Shown: positions 47,026 through 56,861, counted from the stretch's first letter. The stretch: DNA of 64,000 nucleotides from an uncultured Gammaproteobacteria bacterium (GCA_964511375.1 CAZEEW010000004.1:5542-69541), one strand, 5' to 3'. Made by a program: numbers and translations. The notes: generated by a model not told the origin, from the letters alone.

Positions 47026-49041
47026 ATGGTAGATAATAACGAGGAACAAAAACCAGTGGACTCTTTTAAAACTGATCCCAACGTCAATTTTTTTGGTTTA
47101 ACAAATTTTCGGAATCAGTATCGGAAATTTGGCATTAAACTAGATGATCGTCGCCGGCACATGTACATTGTGGGTAAAACGGGCATGGGAAAAACTACCA
47201 TGCTTGAGAACATGGTTTTAAACGATATCTATGCCGGACATGGTGTTGGGTATATTGATCCGCATGGTGATACAGCAGAGAAGATCATTGACTTTATTCC
47301 GTCTTGGCGGATGAATGACGTGGTGTACTTTAATCCGGCGGATTTAGATTATCCGATTGGTTTTAATATTTTAGAAACCATTAATGCTTCGCAAAAACAC
47401 CTTGTAGCGTCGGGTCTGATGGGTGTGTTTAAAAAGATTTGGCCAGATGTTTGGAGCTCAAGAATGGAGTATATCTTAAACAATACCATTTTAGCTTTGT
47501 TAGATTTTCCGGGTACGACTTTATTAGGCATTAATCGAATGTTGGCAGATGAAGATTACCGGCGTCGAGTAGTAAAAGCAGTTAAAGATCCGGTGGTTAA
47601 ATCTTTCTGGCAAACGGAGTTTGCATCCTATAGTGAAAAGTACCAACAAGAAGCAGTCGCACCTATCCAGAATAAAATTGGTCAGTTCTTGTCTGCTTCA
47701 GTTATACGTAACATTGTGGCTCAGGTAAAGTCCCGTATTAATATACGGGAGATAATGGATAACAAGAAAATTTTTATCATGAACTTGTCAAAAGGTAGAA
47801 TCGGTGAAGACAATTCTCGTCTTTTGGGAGGCATGCTCATCACTAAACTCCAACTATCTGCTATGGAACGTGTCGATATGCCAGAACTAGATCGCAAAGA
47901 TTTCTTCCTGTATGTTGATGAGTTTCAAAATTTTGCAACCGAAAGTTTTGCTAATATCTTGTCCGAAGCGCGAAAGTACCGTTTAGGATTGGTCTTGGCT
48001 CACCAGTACATGGAACAGTTAGATGAAAAAGTACTGGCGGCGGTTATCGGTAACGTTGGTACCATGATTACATTCCGTGTTGGTTCAACGGATGCGGAAA
48101 TACTGGCCAAGGAATTTGCACCGATTTTTGTGGAAGAGAATTTAGTAAATTTACCGAAGTTTAACGTTTATTTAAAACTCATGATTGATGGTGTAGCCTC
48201 GCGACCGTTTAGTGCTCTGGCGATGCCACCAATTAAATTGTCTACCACTGGCAGCGCTGATAAAGTCATTCGTGTTTCGAGAGAACGTTATGCTGTGACC
48301 AGAGACAAGATTGAAGACAAGATTGCACGCTGGAGTGGAATGGTTATTCTAGATGAAGAGGGAAATCCGACTACCGATGATCCGGATGAGGAATTTGATG
48401 ATGGACCAAAGAAAGAAGAAACCGTTCCAACTAAGAGCCCGCCAGTAGCTAAAAAGAACGAGTCTAAAAAAGAAGAAACGTTCAAGCCGATTGTAGTTGA
48501 GTCGGCTAAAGAAGAGAGTAGCTTACCGGTAGCGGAAGAAATATTTAACATACTAATGGCAGAAGATAAGCCAGTACAGTTGCCTAACTTAGAAAGGGCA
48601 ATGATTGATAAACCGAAAGATGATCAAGCAAAGCCACCACGGAGGATAAATAATCCTGTACAGCAACCATCTCTAACTAGTAATCCAGATATTGTTAAGA
48701 AACGTAAGAGAAAAAGAAAAAAGAAAAGTGGGGGAGGGGGCGGGCAAGGCTTTACTAATTCAGAGCCGGTTTTACTGGTAAAACCAGAAACCAAAGGTAT
48801 TTCTTTGAACGATCTTAAGCCTCTGCCTAAAAACGAAGAAAAACCACAGCATGTTACTCGAGAGGAAGATTTAAATAGTACAGCAAAACAAGAGGAAACA
48901 CTAGGATTTTTGAAGTCTAGTCAAGACAGCAAATTTGAACCGCTAAAATTGAGCGAGCAAAACGATCCAAATATTCATGATAATAGTGGTCCAAAGACCG
49001 TACCTAAGGGTAAAATTGAAGCAATCAATGATGATAAATAG
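47026..49041 (+). CDS. VirD4/TraD-like (type IV coupling-protein-type) P-loop ATPase with a ~250-aa K/E-rich disordered C-terminal tail
   Basis: Walker A VGKTGMGKTT. Walker B FFLYVDEFQNF. No N-terminal transmembrane segment. Tail carries KKRKRKRKKKSGGGGGQG. Alternative TTG start at 47008. Confidence 0.6.
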   Translation: MVDNNEEQKPVDSFKTDPNVNFFGLTNFRNQYRKFGIKLDDRRRHMYIVGKTGMGKTTMLENMVLNDIYAGHGVGYIDPHGDTAEKIIDFIPSWRMNDVVYFNPADLDYPIGFNILETINASQKHLVASGLMGVFKKIWPDVWSSRMEYILNNTILALLDFPGTTLLGINRMLADEDYRRRVVKAVKDPVVKSFWQTEFASYSEKYQQEAVAPIQNKIGQFLSASVIRNIVAQVKSRINIREIMDNKKIFIMNLSKGRIGEDNSRLLGGMLITKLQLSAMERVDMPELDRKDFFLYVDEFQNFATESFANILSEARKYRLGLVLAHQYMEQLDEKVLAAVIGNVGTMITFRVGSTDAEILAKEFAPIFVEENLVNLPKFNVYLKLMIDGVASRPFSALAMPPIKLSTTGSADKVIRVSRERYAVTRDKIEDKIARWSGMVILDEEGNPTTDDPDEEFDDGPKKEETVPTKSPPVAKKNESKKEETFKPIVVESAKEESSLPVAEEIFNILMAEDKPVQLPNLERAMIDKPKDDQAKPPRRINNPVQQPSLTSNPDIVKKRKRKRKKKSGGGGGQGFTNSEPVLLVKPETKGISLNDLKPLPKNEEKPQHVTREEDLNSTAKQEETLGFLKSSQDSKFEPLKLSEQNDPNIHDNSGPKTVPKGKIEAINDDK

Positions 49042-49053
49042 AGCCTGGGGCCA

Positions 49054-49082
49054 TTGACAAAATATGAAAAATAGGGTATAAT
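49054..49082 (+). promoter_or_regulatory. consensus sigma-70 promoter (TTGACA-17-TATAAT) with a ~140-nt leader before the zinc-ribbon gene
   Basis: Perfect hexamers and spacing read from the sequence. Confidence 0.6.
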
Positions 49083-49223
49083 GATACCTGTAAATTGGGC
49101 AACTAAAAAACGTCAAAAAGGCCTTTTCCAAAAGGATACAATTAGATGGTGTTAGTTCCCAGTCGGTCGATTAATTAAGTTTTTTCTCAAAAACCATTTT
49201 GGGAACAAAGTATAGGAAAATTT

Positions 49224-49535
49224 ATGCCTTTTGGAACTGATAGGCAAATGTATTCCGTAGACTTGTCTTGTGCTAAGTGTGGCGCTCACATCAGTGAACT
49301 CCCATTTCAGCCAAGTGGTGACAGGCCAGTGTATTGCTCTGATTGCAATCGCGCCTTCCGCCAGAGCCGTGCTCCAAGAAATGGTGGTGGTCGTACAAAC
49401 GGCCCTCGCCAGATGTTTCAGGTCAATTTGACCTGTGCAGACTGCGGAACTGCCATCAACGAGCTTCCTTTCCAACCAGATGGAAGCAAGCCAGTTTACT
49501 GCCGCACCTGCCTTATGGCAAAACGTGCTGCGTAA
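49224..49535 (+). CDS. tandem-duplicated C4 zinc-ribbon protein (two CxxC-x17-20-CxxC modules)
   Basis: Internal repeat VDLSCAKCGAHISELPFQPSGDRPVYCSDC / VNLTCADCGTAINELPFQPDGSKPVYCRTC. Confidence 0.6.
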   Translation: MPFGTDRQMYSVDLSCAKCGAHISELPFQPSGDRPVYCSDCNRAFRQSRAPRNGGGRTNGPRQMFQVNLTCADCGTAINELPFQPDGSKPVYCRTCLMAKRAA

Positions 49536-49549
49536 TTACTACAAGCTTA

Positions 49550-49588
49550 AAACTCCCTCTGACATCTAGTCGGAGGGTTTTTTATTTT
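49550..49588 (+). terminator. rho-independent terminator after the zinc-ribbon gene
   Basis: TCCCTCTGAC-loop-GTCGGAGGG stem followed by a T-run. Confidence 0.6.
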
Positions 49589-49645
49589 GAATTGAATACG
49601 CTTGTTTTTATCTCCTTGTTATTATATACTAGGCCATAGTCTTTT

Positions 49646-50242
49646 ATGATTAAACTTCTATCTATGGAAACATTAAATATGCCGTTAATAGGTAAGCAAT
49701 TGCCAGATTTAACTCTCAAAGCTTTTTTTAAGGAAGCCTTTTCCAGCATTTCTCTTAAAGAGGCCCGCGGTAAGTGGTTGATCTTATTTTTTTATCCAGC
49801 CGATTTTACTTTCGTTTGCCCAACAGAATTAGTAGAAATGGCCCAGTTATATGAGCAGTTTAAAGCCGAAGGGGCCGAAGTAATGAGCGTGAGTACTGAC
49901 ACTGAATTTGTTCACAAAGCCTGGCATGATAATTCTCCAGCCATTAAACAAATTAATTTTCCTATGTTAGCTGACCCAGCTGGTGAATTGTCCAGAGTAC
50001 TCGGCGTATATATTCCGGAAGAGGGGTTATCTTTGCGAGGCACCTTTATTATTGATCCAGAAGGTAAGATTAAAGCCTGTGAAATTCATGATAACTCAAT
50101 CGGTAGAAATGCGAATGAGTTATTAAGAAAATTACAGGCCGCTAAATTTGTTTACGAGCACAATGGAGAAGTATGCCCGGCGAGTTGGAAGCCCGGTGCT
50201 AGTACCTTAAAACCCGGTATTGAATTAGTTGGGAAGATCTAG
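49646..50242 (+). CDS. 2-Cys peroxiredoxin (AhpC/Prx1 type)
   Basis: FFYPADFTFVCPTE peroxidatic Cys motif. Resolving Cys near the C-terminus (VCPASW). Start may instead be 49664 or 49679. Confidence 0.9.
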   Translation: MIKLLSMETLNMPLIGKQLPDLTLKAFFKEAFSSISLKEARGKWLILFFYPADFTFVCPTELVEMAQLYEQFKAEGAEVMSVSTDTEFVHKAWHDNSPAIKQINFPMLADPAGELSRVLGVYIPEEGLSLRGTFIIDPEGKIKACEIHDNSIGRNANELLRKLQAAKFVYEHNGEVCPASWKPGASTLKPGIELVGKI

Positions 50243-50472
50243 TTGTTTTAGAGATTTAATAAAACTAAATTCAAGAAATAAGTTGAATGGTTTATATGGT
50301 CATTGATATCGAACTTACGTTAAACAGGTTTGGATTTGGAAACATTGCGGAAAATAAGTTTCAATTATTTTGTTTTAGGTTTTCCAAATGGAAGATTCAA
50401 GGCAAATATTCAATTTCCTTTGAGATAAATTGGCGAACAAAAAATTAAATTAAATTTTAAGAGAATTTAAAT

Positions 50473-50796
50473 ATGAATGAACTCCAAATTGAGATAATAC
50501 GCTCGGGCGAAGGCACAGAAGCTAAAAAAGGGGACAATGTCGTAGTGCACTACACTGGTACTTTTGAAGATGGGACCAAGTTTGATTCAAGTCTCGATCG
50601 CGATGATCCTTTTTCTTTTTCGCTTGGTGCTGGAATGGTGATAAAAGGTTGGGATGAAGGTGTGGTTGGTATGAAAGTAGGAGAGAAACGAAAGCTGATG
50701 ATTCCTTACCACTTAGCCTACGGTGAGTATGGTTACGGGCCAATACCGCCCAAGGCGACCCTAGTTTTTGAAGTGGAATTGTTGAAGATTTCTTAG
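50473..50796 (+). CDS. FKBP-type peptidyl-prolyl cis-trans isomerase
   Basis: [18 protein letters not shown]...[19 protein letters not shown]. Confidence 0.9.
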   Translation: MNELQIEIIRSGEGTEAKKGDNVVVHYTGTFEDGTKFDSSLDRDDPFSFSLGAGMVIKGWDEGVVGMKVGEKRKLMIPYHLAYGEYGYGPIPPKATLVFEVELLKIS

Positions 50797-50816
50797 CCTT
50801 AATGTTGCTGCGGGCT

Positions 50817-50846
50817 AAAATCACCTTAACCAAGGTGATTTTATAA
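50817..50846 (+). terminator. rho-independent terminator (AAAATCACCTT-aacc-AAGGTGATTTT)
   Basis: Perfect 11-bp stem. Confidence 0.65.
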
Positions 50847-50917
50847 TACCTAATCACTTTATTGGTAGTCTTTGTTTAGGCTTGAAAATATCCGGTTTTT
50901 AAGATAATATAGCCACT

Positions 50918-52009
50918 ATGAACAAGAAAAAAGAAAAAGTACTAGTCGCTATGAGCGGTGGAGTTGATTCGGCTGTCGCGGCTTTGTTGCTCTTAAAAAG
51001 TGGCTATGATGTCACCGGCGCCTTTATGGTTAACTTCGAGGGGCAAAATGCTTTGGGAGAATCTTGTTGGCATGGTGATTACCAAGAAGCGCTTAGAGTG
51101 GCGGCTAAACTCGACATACCTTTAATGCGGTTGGATTTTACCAGAGAGTACCGACGAGATGTCTTAAGTTACGTAAAAAAAGAATATGAATCTGGTGGTA
51201 CGCCTAATCCGGATGTTATGTGCAATCGTCTTATTAAATTCGGTGCTTGGTTAAATAAAGCCAAGGAAATGGGTTTTGATTATTTAGCTACCGGTCATTA
51301 TGCTGCTTTAAAAAAAGAAAAAGGTAATTTTATTTTAAAGCAAGCTAAAGACCAAAACAAAGATCAAACGTACTTCTTGCATCAGCTAAACCAAGAACAA
51401 TTAAAACATGTTTTTTTTCCTTTGGGAGAATTGATCAAAGAGAAAGTTAGAAAATTGGCTAAAAAATATGAATTGCCCAACGCCGGACGTGAAGAAAGTA
51501 TGGGTATTTGTTTTATTGGTGAAGTAAGCATGAAGGATTTTTTGCAAAAAGAGTTAAAGGTCAAAGCTCATACTGGTAAAATTGTTTTAACTAGCGGCGA
51601 AACGGTAGGTAGTCATATTGGATTACCGTTTTATACTATTGGTCAACGTGAGCAACTGGGTATCAATAGCGAAGCCAAGAAAGAACTTGGTAATGGCGCG
51701 GTATATGTTTTAGAAAAAAGAGGTACGAGTAACGAATTGGTGGTCGGTCAGGAAAATAATAGCCTTTTGTTCCGAGAAAAAATCGAGGTTAAAGATATGA
51801 ATTGGATTACTGGACAGGAGCCAAGATTACCGTTAAAATGTCAGGTGAGACTACGACATCGCCAAGAATTACGTCCCTGCACTCTTTCTGTTAGTAGTAG
51901 CCGCCGTTATGTCATAAATTTTCAAATTCCTGAGCGGGCGGTTACGCCTGGTCAGTTTGCTGTCTTTTACAGCAAAAATATTTGTTTAGGCGGTGGAATA
52001 ATTCAATAA
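50918..52009 (+). CDS. mnmA: tRNA-specific 2-thiouridylase MnmA
   Basis: PP-loop VLVAMSGGVDSAVAA. Catalytic Cys region. Typical length. Confidence 0.9.
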   Translation: MNKKKEKVLVAMSGGVDSAVAALLLLKSGYDVTGAFMVNFEGQNALGESCWHGDYQEALRVAAKLDIPLMRLDFTREYRRDVLSYVKKEYESGGTPNPDVMCNRLIKFGAWLNKAKEMGFDYLATGHYAALKKEKGNFILKQAKDQNKDQTYFLHQLNQEQLKHVFFPLGELIKEKVRKLAKKYELPNAGREESMGICFIGEVSMKDFLQKELKVKAHTGKIVLTSGETVGSHIGLPFYTIGQREQLGINSEAKKELGNGAVYVLEKRGTSNELVVGQENNSLLFREKIEVKDMNWITGQEPRLPLKCQVRLRHRQELRPCTLSVSSSRRYVINFQIPERAVTPGQFAVFYSKNICLGGGIIQ

Positions 52010-52019
52010 AGTAATTAAT

Positions 52020-53954
52020 ATGAATTTTTTACCTATGTCGTCCACAACACATTTAGGAGAAAAGCGTTACGGCCGATTAGTATTAATTGGAGTTGCTTTT
52101 CTTATGGCCGTGTTTTACGAGATGTTTGCTTATAAGCACTGGGACGGTATTGGGGCGTTGGGATTTGTCCTGGCTTCTTCTGCCGTATTTTTAATGGTAG
52201 CTAAATACTACGGAATGGTTAAAAATAAGTGGGCACTATGGTTTTTGGCTTTTCCAGTGGTCCTCGGATTTGATTTATTCCTTTACAACAATGTTTTAGT
52301 TCGAGCGCTGGCCCCTGTGTTCATATTGTTGTTCTATTTGTTCTTTATCTTTGTGCTAGGGGTACATCAAGGGGAAACCAAAACAGAATTCCGTTTCCGC
52401 AAGATTCCCGTTCCGCCGCTGCTTCGAGGTATTTGGAAGGCTGTTCAGGACCTTACCGAAAGTCCTACCCAAGAAAGAAAGAGGACGATAATCAAAGTTT
52501 TAATAGGCATCATAGTCGCTGTTCCTCTGGTTTTAATTTTTGGCAGCTTATTTGCTGATGCTGACCGTCAATTTGCAGATTTTATACGCGATATCTTTAA
52601 TTTCGATATCAACGAGCAGTTGTTGTTTCGTGTGTTACGTTTGGCTTTTATTACGATCTTTATGTCAGCGGTTTATTATGCCTTACTTGATTCGCGTTTT
52701 GTTTTAAAAAGCAAAGAAGATAAGGCCGCTCGAAAGTTTGATCAGACAATTATCTTAACAGTAATGGTACTCCTAAACATTTTGTTTTTGACTTTTGTTT
52801 TTATACAATTTAAACATTTGTTTTTTTCTTACCAAAATGTAGTAGACAGTGGATTAGTGTTTTCTGCTTACGCGCGCCAAGGTTTTTTCCAATTGCTATG
52901 GGCATCTGGTTTAGCGTTGGCACTTTTCCTAGTTGTGTTTCGCTCCTTCTCCCATCATGGTATGGATGTATGGATAAAAAGTTCTTTAGGACTATTTTTG
53001 ATTTCAACTGGTGTCGTAGCTTATTCGGCATTGCACCGTACAAACTTGTATCAAGATGCCTATGGTCTTACTGCCGACAGATTTTATGCCGAGATTATTA
53101 TATATTATATAATGTTTGGCTTAGCGCTTGGGATTGCGTGGTTAATTATGAATGGCAAGTTCGCCAAGTTGTTTTATGCTGGTTTAACCGCCGCGGCAAT
53201 TACATTTATGATAGCCATGTCAATTAATGTCGATGCAGTTATTGCTAAGAAGAATATCTATTTAGCCTTAAATGGCAATAAGCCCTTAGACACCGACTAC
53301 TTGAATTGGCTTTCCGTAGATGTTACGCCGATTGTAGTTGAAGTAATGAAATCTGGAGAAGTGGATAAACTCTCCTATACCGCGAAGTTAACTTTAACTG
53401 ACTTTTTAGTGAGAGCACAGAATAAAAGCACAAATAATGCTTACCTAGATTTTAATTTAGGTAAATATTTAGCCAAGAGATCTCTGGCAGATTGGAAAGA
53501 GAATCCGGCTGCTTTTCAACAATTGAGGAATAGGTTGACTAAGTTTAAAGAAGATTTGAACTACGCAAATCGTTTAAAAGCCGCAGGATATTTTGGGGCT
53601 TTGCAGTATGGGAAGGAAACAATTAATTACCAAATTATCCCAAAGTTTAATATTAAACCGTGGAAAGAAAATGAAGGTTGGACTTGGCCACCACATATTA
53701 CTATTCTTCGTGCCGACCAAACTAAGCCGGCTTCACTAAATTATAAGTATTCCAATGATATTATTCTGTATACTGATGCGGAATATACAGAGATGCGTAG
53801 AGTACATTCTAGAGATAACAATTTGGATGGAACTTATCCCTATACATTTTTGCTTAGTAACGGCAGAATCTGGAAAATGGACCCGAAAAATTTAACCAAG
53901 GAAGAATTTGAACTAAGATATAACGGAAGTAAATTTGTTTTACAGAAAGTTTAA
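52020..53954 (+). CDS. polytopic membrane protein (DUF4153/DUF4173-like) with a C-terminal soluble domain
   Basis: Ten to twelve hydrophobic helices. Family guess is from memory. Confidence 0.4.
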   Translation: MNFLPMSSTTHLGEKRYGRLVLIGVAFLMAVFYEMFAYKHWDGIGALGFVLASSAVFLMVAKYYGMVKNKWALWFLAFPVVLGFDLFLYNNVLVRALAPVFILLFYLFFIFVLGVHQGETKTEFRFRKIPVPPLLRGIWKAVQDLTESPTQERKRTIIKVLIGIIVAVPLVLIFGSLFADADRQFADFIRDIFNFDINEQLLFRVLRLAFITIFMSAVYYALLDSRFVLKSKEDKAARKFDQTIILTVMVLLNILFLTFVFIQFKHLFFSYQNVVDSGLVFSAYARQGFFQLLWASGLALALFLVVFRSFSHHGMDVWIKSSLGLFLISTGVVAYSALHRTNLYQDAYGLTADRFYAEIIIYYIMFGLALGIAWLIMNGKFAKLFYAGLTAAAITFMIAMSINVDAVIAKKNIYLALNGNKPLDTDYLNWLSVDVTPIVVEVMKSGEVDKLSYTAKLTLTDFLVRAQNKSTNNAYLDFNLGKYLAKRSLADWKENPAAFQQLRNRLTKFKEDLNYANRLKAAGYFGALQYGKETINYQIIPKFNIKPWKENEGWTWPPHITILRADQTKPASLNYKYSNDIILYTDAEYTEMRRVHSRDNNLDGTYPYTFLLSNGRIWKMDPKNLTKEEFELRYNGSKFVLQKV

Positions 53955-53957
53955 GAT

Positions 53958-54254
53958 ATGGATAATAAACCTAGCTTAAGAGAAATTATTAAGATAATCT
54001 GGGAGAACCGGGAGAAAATTAAACAAGCCCAACCAATGAAAAAACCGACGATCAAGCAGACCTTGTCTTTGCTTGCATTTTTAATTATCATGGTTGGTTT
54101 GGTAGCGTTTGCGTTTTGGCAGAAAGCTGGTTTTTTTACAATCGTTCACTGGTATGTATTTGTTATCACTGCTTGCCTATTTTTTCTTTTAGGACTTGCA
54201 GTTTTAATTTGGTATATTTATTTACTTATTCGAAAAGATAGTAGCAAGTTGTAA
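53958..54254 (+). CDS. small two-TM membrane protein (hypothetical)
   Basis: Two hydrophobic helices. Confidence 0.4.
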   Translation: MDNKPSLREIIKIIWENREKIKQAQPMKKPTIKQTLSLLAFLIIMVGLVAFAFWQKAGFFTIVHWYVFVITACLFFLLGLAVLIWYIYLLIRKDSSKL

Positions 54255-54255
54255 T

Positions 54256-56106
54256 ATGTTAAGCTCTCAAGAATTACGTCAAAAATATTTAGATTTTTTT
54301 AAGAGTAAGGGACATACCATAATCCCTTCGGCTTCTTTAATCCCAGAAAATGACCCAACAGTATTGTTTACTACCGCTGGCATGCATCCACTGGTGCCGT
54401 ATTTGCTTGGTGAAAAACATGCCGGAGGTACAAGACTCGCCAATGTCCAGAAATGCGTTCGCACACAAGACATTGATGAGGTGGGAGATAACCGGCATCA
54501 AACCTTTTTTGAAATGCTAGGTAACTGGTCACTTGGGGATTACTTTAAGAAAGAAGCGATTGAGTGGAGTTACGAATTTTTAACTTCAAAAGAATGGCTA
54601 GGTTTAGACGCGAAGAAATTGGCGGTATCCGTGTTCGTTGGAGATGATGATGCACCGCGCGACGAAGAATCGGCTAATATTTGGAAATCCTTGGGTATGC
54701 CGGAAGAGAGGATCGCGTATTTGCCTAAGAAAAATAACTGGTGGGGTCCAGCTGGACAAACCGGACCGTGTGGACCAGATACAGAGATGTTTTACTGGAA
54801 AGGAGATACTGAATTTCCACCTGATGGTAGTAACCCGGGTAACGATGAAGATCATTGGCTGGAAATCTGGAACGATGTATTCATGCAATATTTTAAAAAA
54901 GAAGACGGTACTTACGAGCCTTTGAAACAACAAAATGTCGATACAGGCATGGGTTTAGAGAGAACGCTTATGGTTTTGAATGGTTTCGCTGATACTTTTC
55001 AAGTAGATACTTTCTGGCCGCTAATATTAAAATTACAAAGCATTAGCGGTCACGAATATGTTGAGGGTGGTGAAGTAACTACTTCCATGAGAATTATCGC
55101 TGACCATATTCGCACTGCGACTATGATCATGGGGGATGATCGTGGTGTGGCACCGTCTAATGTTGATCAAGGCTACATTGTCCGTCGTTTAATCCGTCGG
55201 GCAGTTCGCCACGGACGACTATTGGGAATTCAGGAAAATTTTTGTTCGGAAATTTCTCGTACCGTAATTAATATTTTTAAAGATGTTTATCCTGAAGTGG
55301 GTCGGAACGAAGAGTTCATGCTACGCGAGATGGCTGCTGAAGAAAGTAAGTTTAGAAATACTATTGAGCAAGGATTGAAAGAATTCGAAAAATTAATTAA
55401 TGGTTACAGAATCGCCTTTGAGAAAACTGGTAATAATATTACCGAGATTCCTGGTAAGCAGTCTTTTAAATTGTATGACACCTTTGGTTTCCCCTTAGAA
55501 ATGACCCAAGAATTGGCTCGGGAAAACGGATTGACTGTTGACGTCAATGGTTTTGAAGAGGCATTTAAAGCTCACCAAGATTTGTCTCGTGCGGGTGCTG
55601 AGCAAAAGTTTAAAGGTGGTTTAGCAGACACAAGTGAAATGTCGACTAAGTACCATACTGCGACTCATTTATTGCATGCGGCCCTGAGAAAGGTGCTCGG
55701 CACCCATGTTGAGCAGCGCGGTAGTAATATTACAGCTGAACGACTTCGTTTTGACTTTTCTCATCCTGAAAAGTTAACGGATGAACAAAAGAAACAAGTA
55801 GAAGATTTAGTTAATGCTGCAATTCAGAAAGATTATCCAGTTAGTTTTTCCGAAATGACCGTGGCCGAAGCTAAGAATGGGGGAGCGATGGGTTTGTTTG
55901 AAGATAAATATGGTGCTAAGGTGAAAGTATATAGCATTGGTGATCCGAGCCAGCTACCAGCGGCTGATCCTAATTCACCAACCTTTAGCAAAGAAATCTG
56001 TGGCGGGCCACACGTTGAACATACGGGAGTAATTGGACGCTTTAAGATTTCTAAAGAAGAGGCCTGTAGTGCTGGTATCCGACGCATTAAAGCGATTGTT
56101 GAATAA
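54256..56106 (+). CDS. alaS: alanine--tRNA ligase, short form (catalytic + editing domains; no C-Ala/DHHA1 domain)
   Basis: N-terminal class II motifs (LFTTAGM). Editing-domain HTATHLLHAAL and CGGPHV motifs. Only 616 aa. Confidence 0.9.
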   Translation: MLSSQELRQKYLDFFKSKGHTIIPSASLIPENDPTVLFTTAGMHPLVPYLLGEKHAGGTRLANVQKCVRTQDIDEVGDNRHQTFFEMLGNWSLGDYFKKEAIEWSYEFLTSKEWLGLDAKKLAVSVFVGDDDAPRDEESANIWKSLGMPEERIAYLPKKNNWWGPAGQTGPCGPDTEMFYWKGDTEFPPDGSNPGNDEDHWLEIWNDVFMQYFKKEDGTYEPLKQQNVDTGMGLERTLMVLNGFADTFQVDTFWPLILKLQSISGHEYVEGGEVTTSMRIIADHIRTATMIMGDDRGVAPSNVDQGYIVRRLIRRAVRHGRLLGIQENFCSEISRTVINIFKDVYPEVGRNEEFMLREMAAEESKFRNTIEQGLKEFEKLINGYRIAFEKTGNNITEIPGKQSFKLYDTFGFPLEMTQELARENGLTVDVNGFEEAFKAHQDLSRAGAEQKFKGGLADTSEMSTKYHTATHLLHAALRKVLGTHVEQRGSNITAERLRFDFSHPEKLTDEQKKQVEDLVNAAIQKDYPVSFSEMTVAEAKNGGAMGLFEDKYGAKVKVYSIGDPSQLPAADPNSPTFSKEICGGPHVEHTGVIGRFKISKEEACSAGIRRIKAIVE

Positions 56107-56111
56107 TTACC

Positions 56112-56555
56112 ATGCGAGAAAAAATAGCAGCTTATTATCACAGAACCAAAAAAGAGTTTTTTCGGTACTTTGTGGTCGGAATTACCGGTGTTTTATTAGA
56201 TTTGGGGCTACTTATTGTTTTAAAAGAGTACCTTGATTGGACACCGTTCTTGTCAGTGGCTATAAGTCAGATTCTTGTTATCCTTTACAACTTCCTTCTT
56301 AATAAGTACTGGTCATTTGGTAGCAGGGACATGCCACATTGGCAGTTTGTGCGGTTTATGGTTGTTGTTGGTTTTAACTATTTAGTTTCTTTGGCTGTTA
56401 TCTACATTTTTAGCCAAAAAATGAGCTTTGATTACCGGATTGTACGACTTGCAAACATTATACTTTCGGTCAGTTGGAACTTTGTTCTGTATAAATATTG
56501 GGTATATAAGGTAGAGAAAGAAGTAGGTGGAGAGTTGCATAGTGCCCGGAAATAG
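56112..56555 (+). CDS. GtrA-family membrane protein (polysaccharide synthesis/translocation associated)
   Basis: Four transmembrane helices with FRYFVVGITGVLLDLGLL...NKYWSF. Confidence 0.65.
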   Translation: MREKIAAYYHRTKKEFFRYFVVGITGVLLDLGLLIVLKEYLDWTPFLSVAISQILVILYNFLLNKYWSFGSRDMPHWQFVRFMVVVGFNYLVSLAVIYIFSQKMSFDYRIVRLANIILSVSWNFVLYKYWVYKVEKEVGGELHSARK

Positions 56556-56589
56556 GCTAAAATATGTGTATAAAGCCGGGGCACGGGCC

Positions 56590-56618
56590 TTGACTTATTT
56601 CCAAAAATCGTTTATTAT
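56590..56618 (+). promoter_or_regulatory. sigma-70-like promoter (TTGACT-17-TATTAT) upstream of the infA-rpmJ-rpsM-rpsK-rpsD-rpoA-rplQ cluster
   Basis: Read from the sequence. Confidence 0.5.
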
Positions 56619-56642
56619 ATTCACAACCTAACATTTTATTGA

Positions 56643-56861
56643 ATGGCTAATAAGGAAGACATTATCGAGGTTAGAGGCAAAATCGAAGAGCTTTTGCCAG
56701 CCGGAACCTTTCGTGTGCTCCTCGAGAGCGGCCAAAGCATTATTGCCCATTTAGCGGGTAAAATGCGGCTTAACAAGATCCGCTTAGGGATCGGCGATGA
56801 GGTGAAGGTGGAAATGACTCCCTACGATTTAATGCGTGGGAGAATCACGTTCCGCTACTAA
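56643..56861 (+). CDS. infA: translation initiation factor IF-1
   Basis: 72-aa S1-like OB-fold protein ([42 protein letters not shown]). Confidence 0.92.
   Translation: MANKEDIIEVRGKIEELLPAGTFRVLLESGQSIIAHLAGKMRLNKIRLGIGDEVKVEMTPYDLMRGRITFRY

Noticed and set aside
49152-49475. Minus-strand ORF antisense to the zinc-ribbon gene
   Set aside because: The plus-strand gene has an internal duplication with conserved Cys spacing, plus a promoter and terminator. The antisense ORF has none of these.
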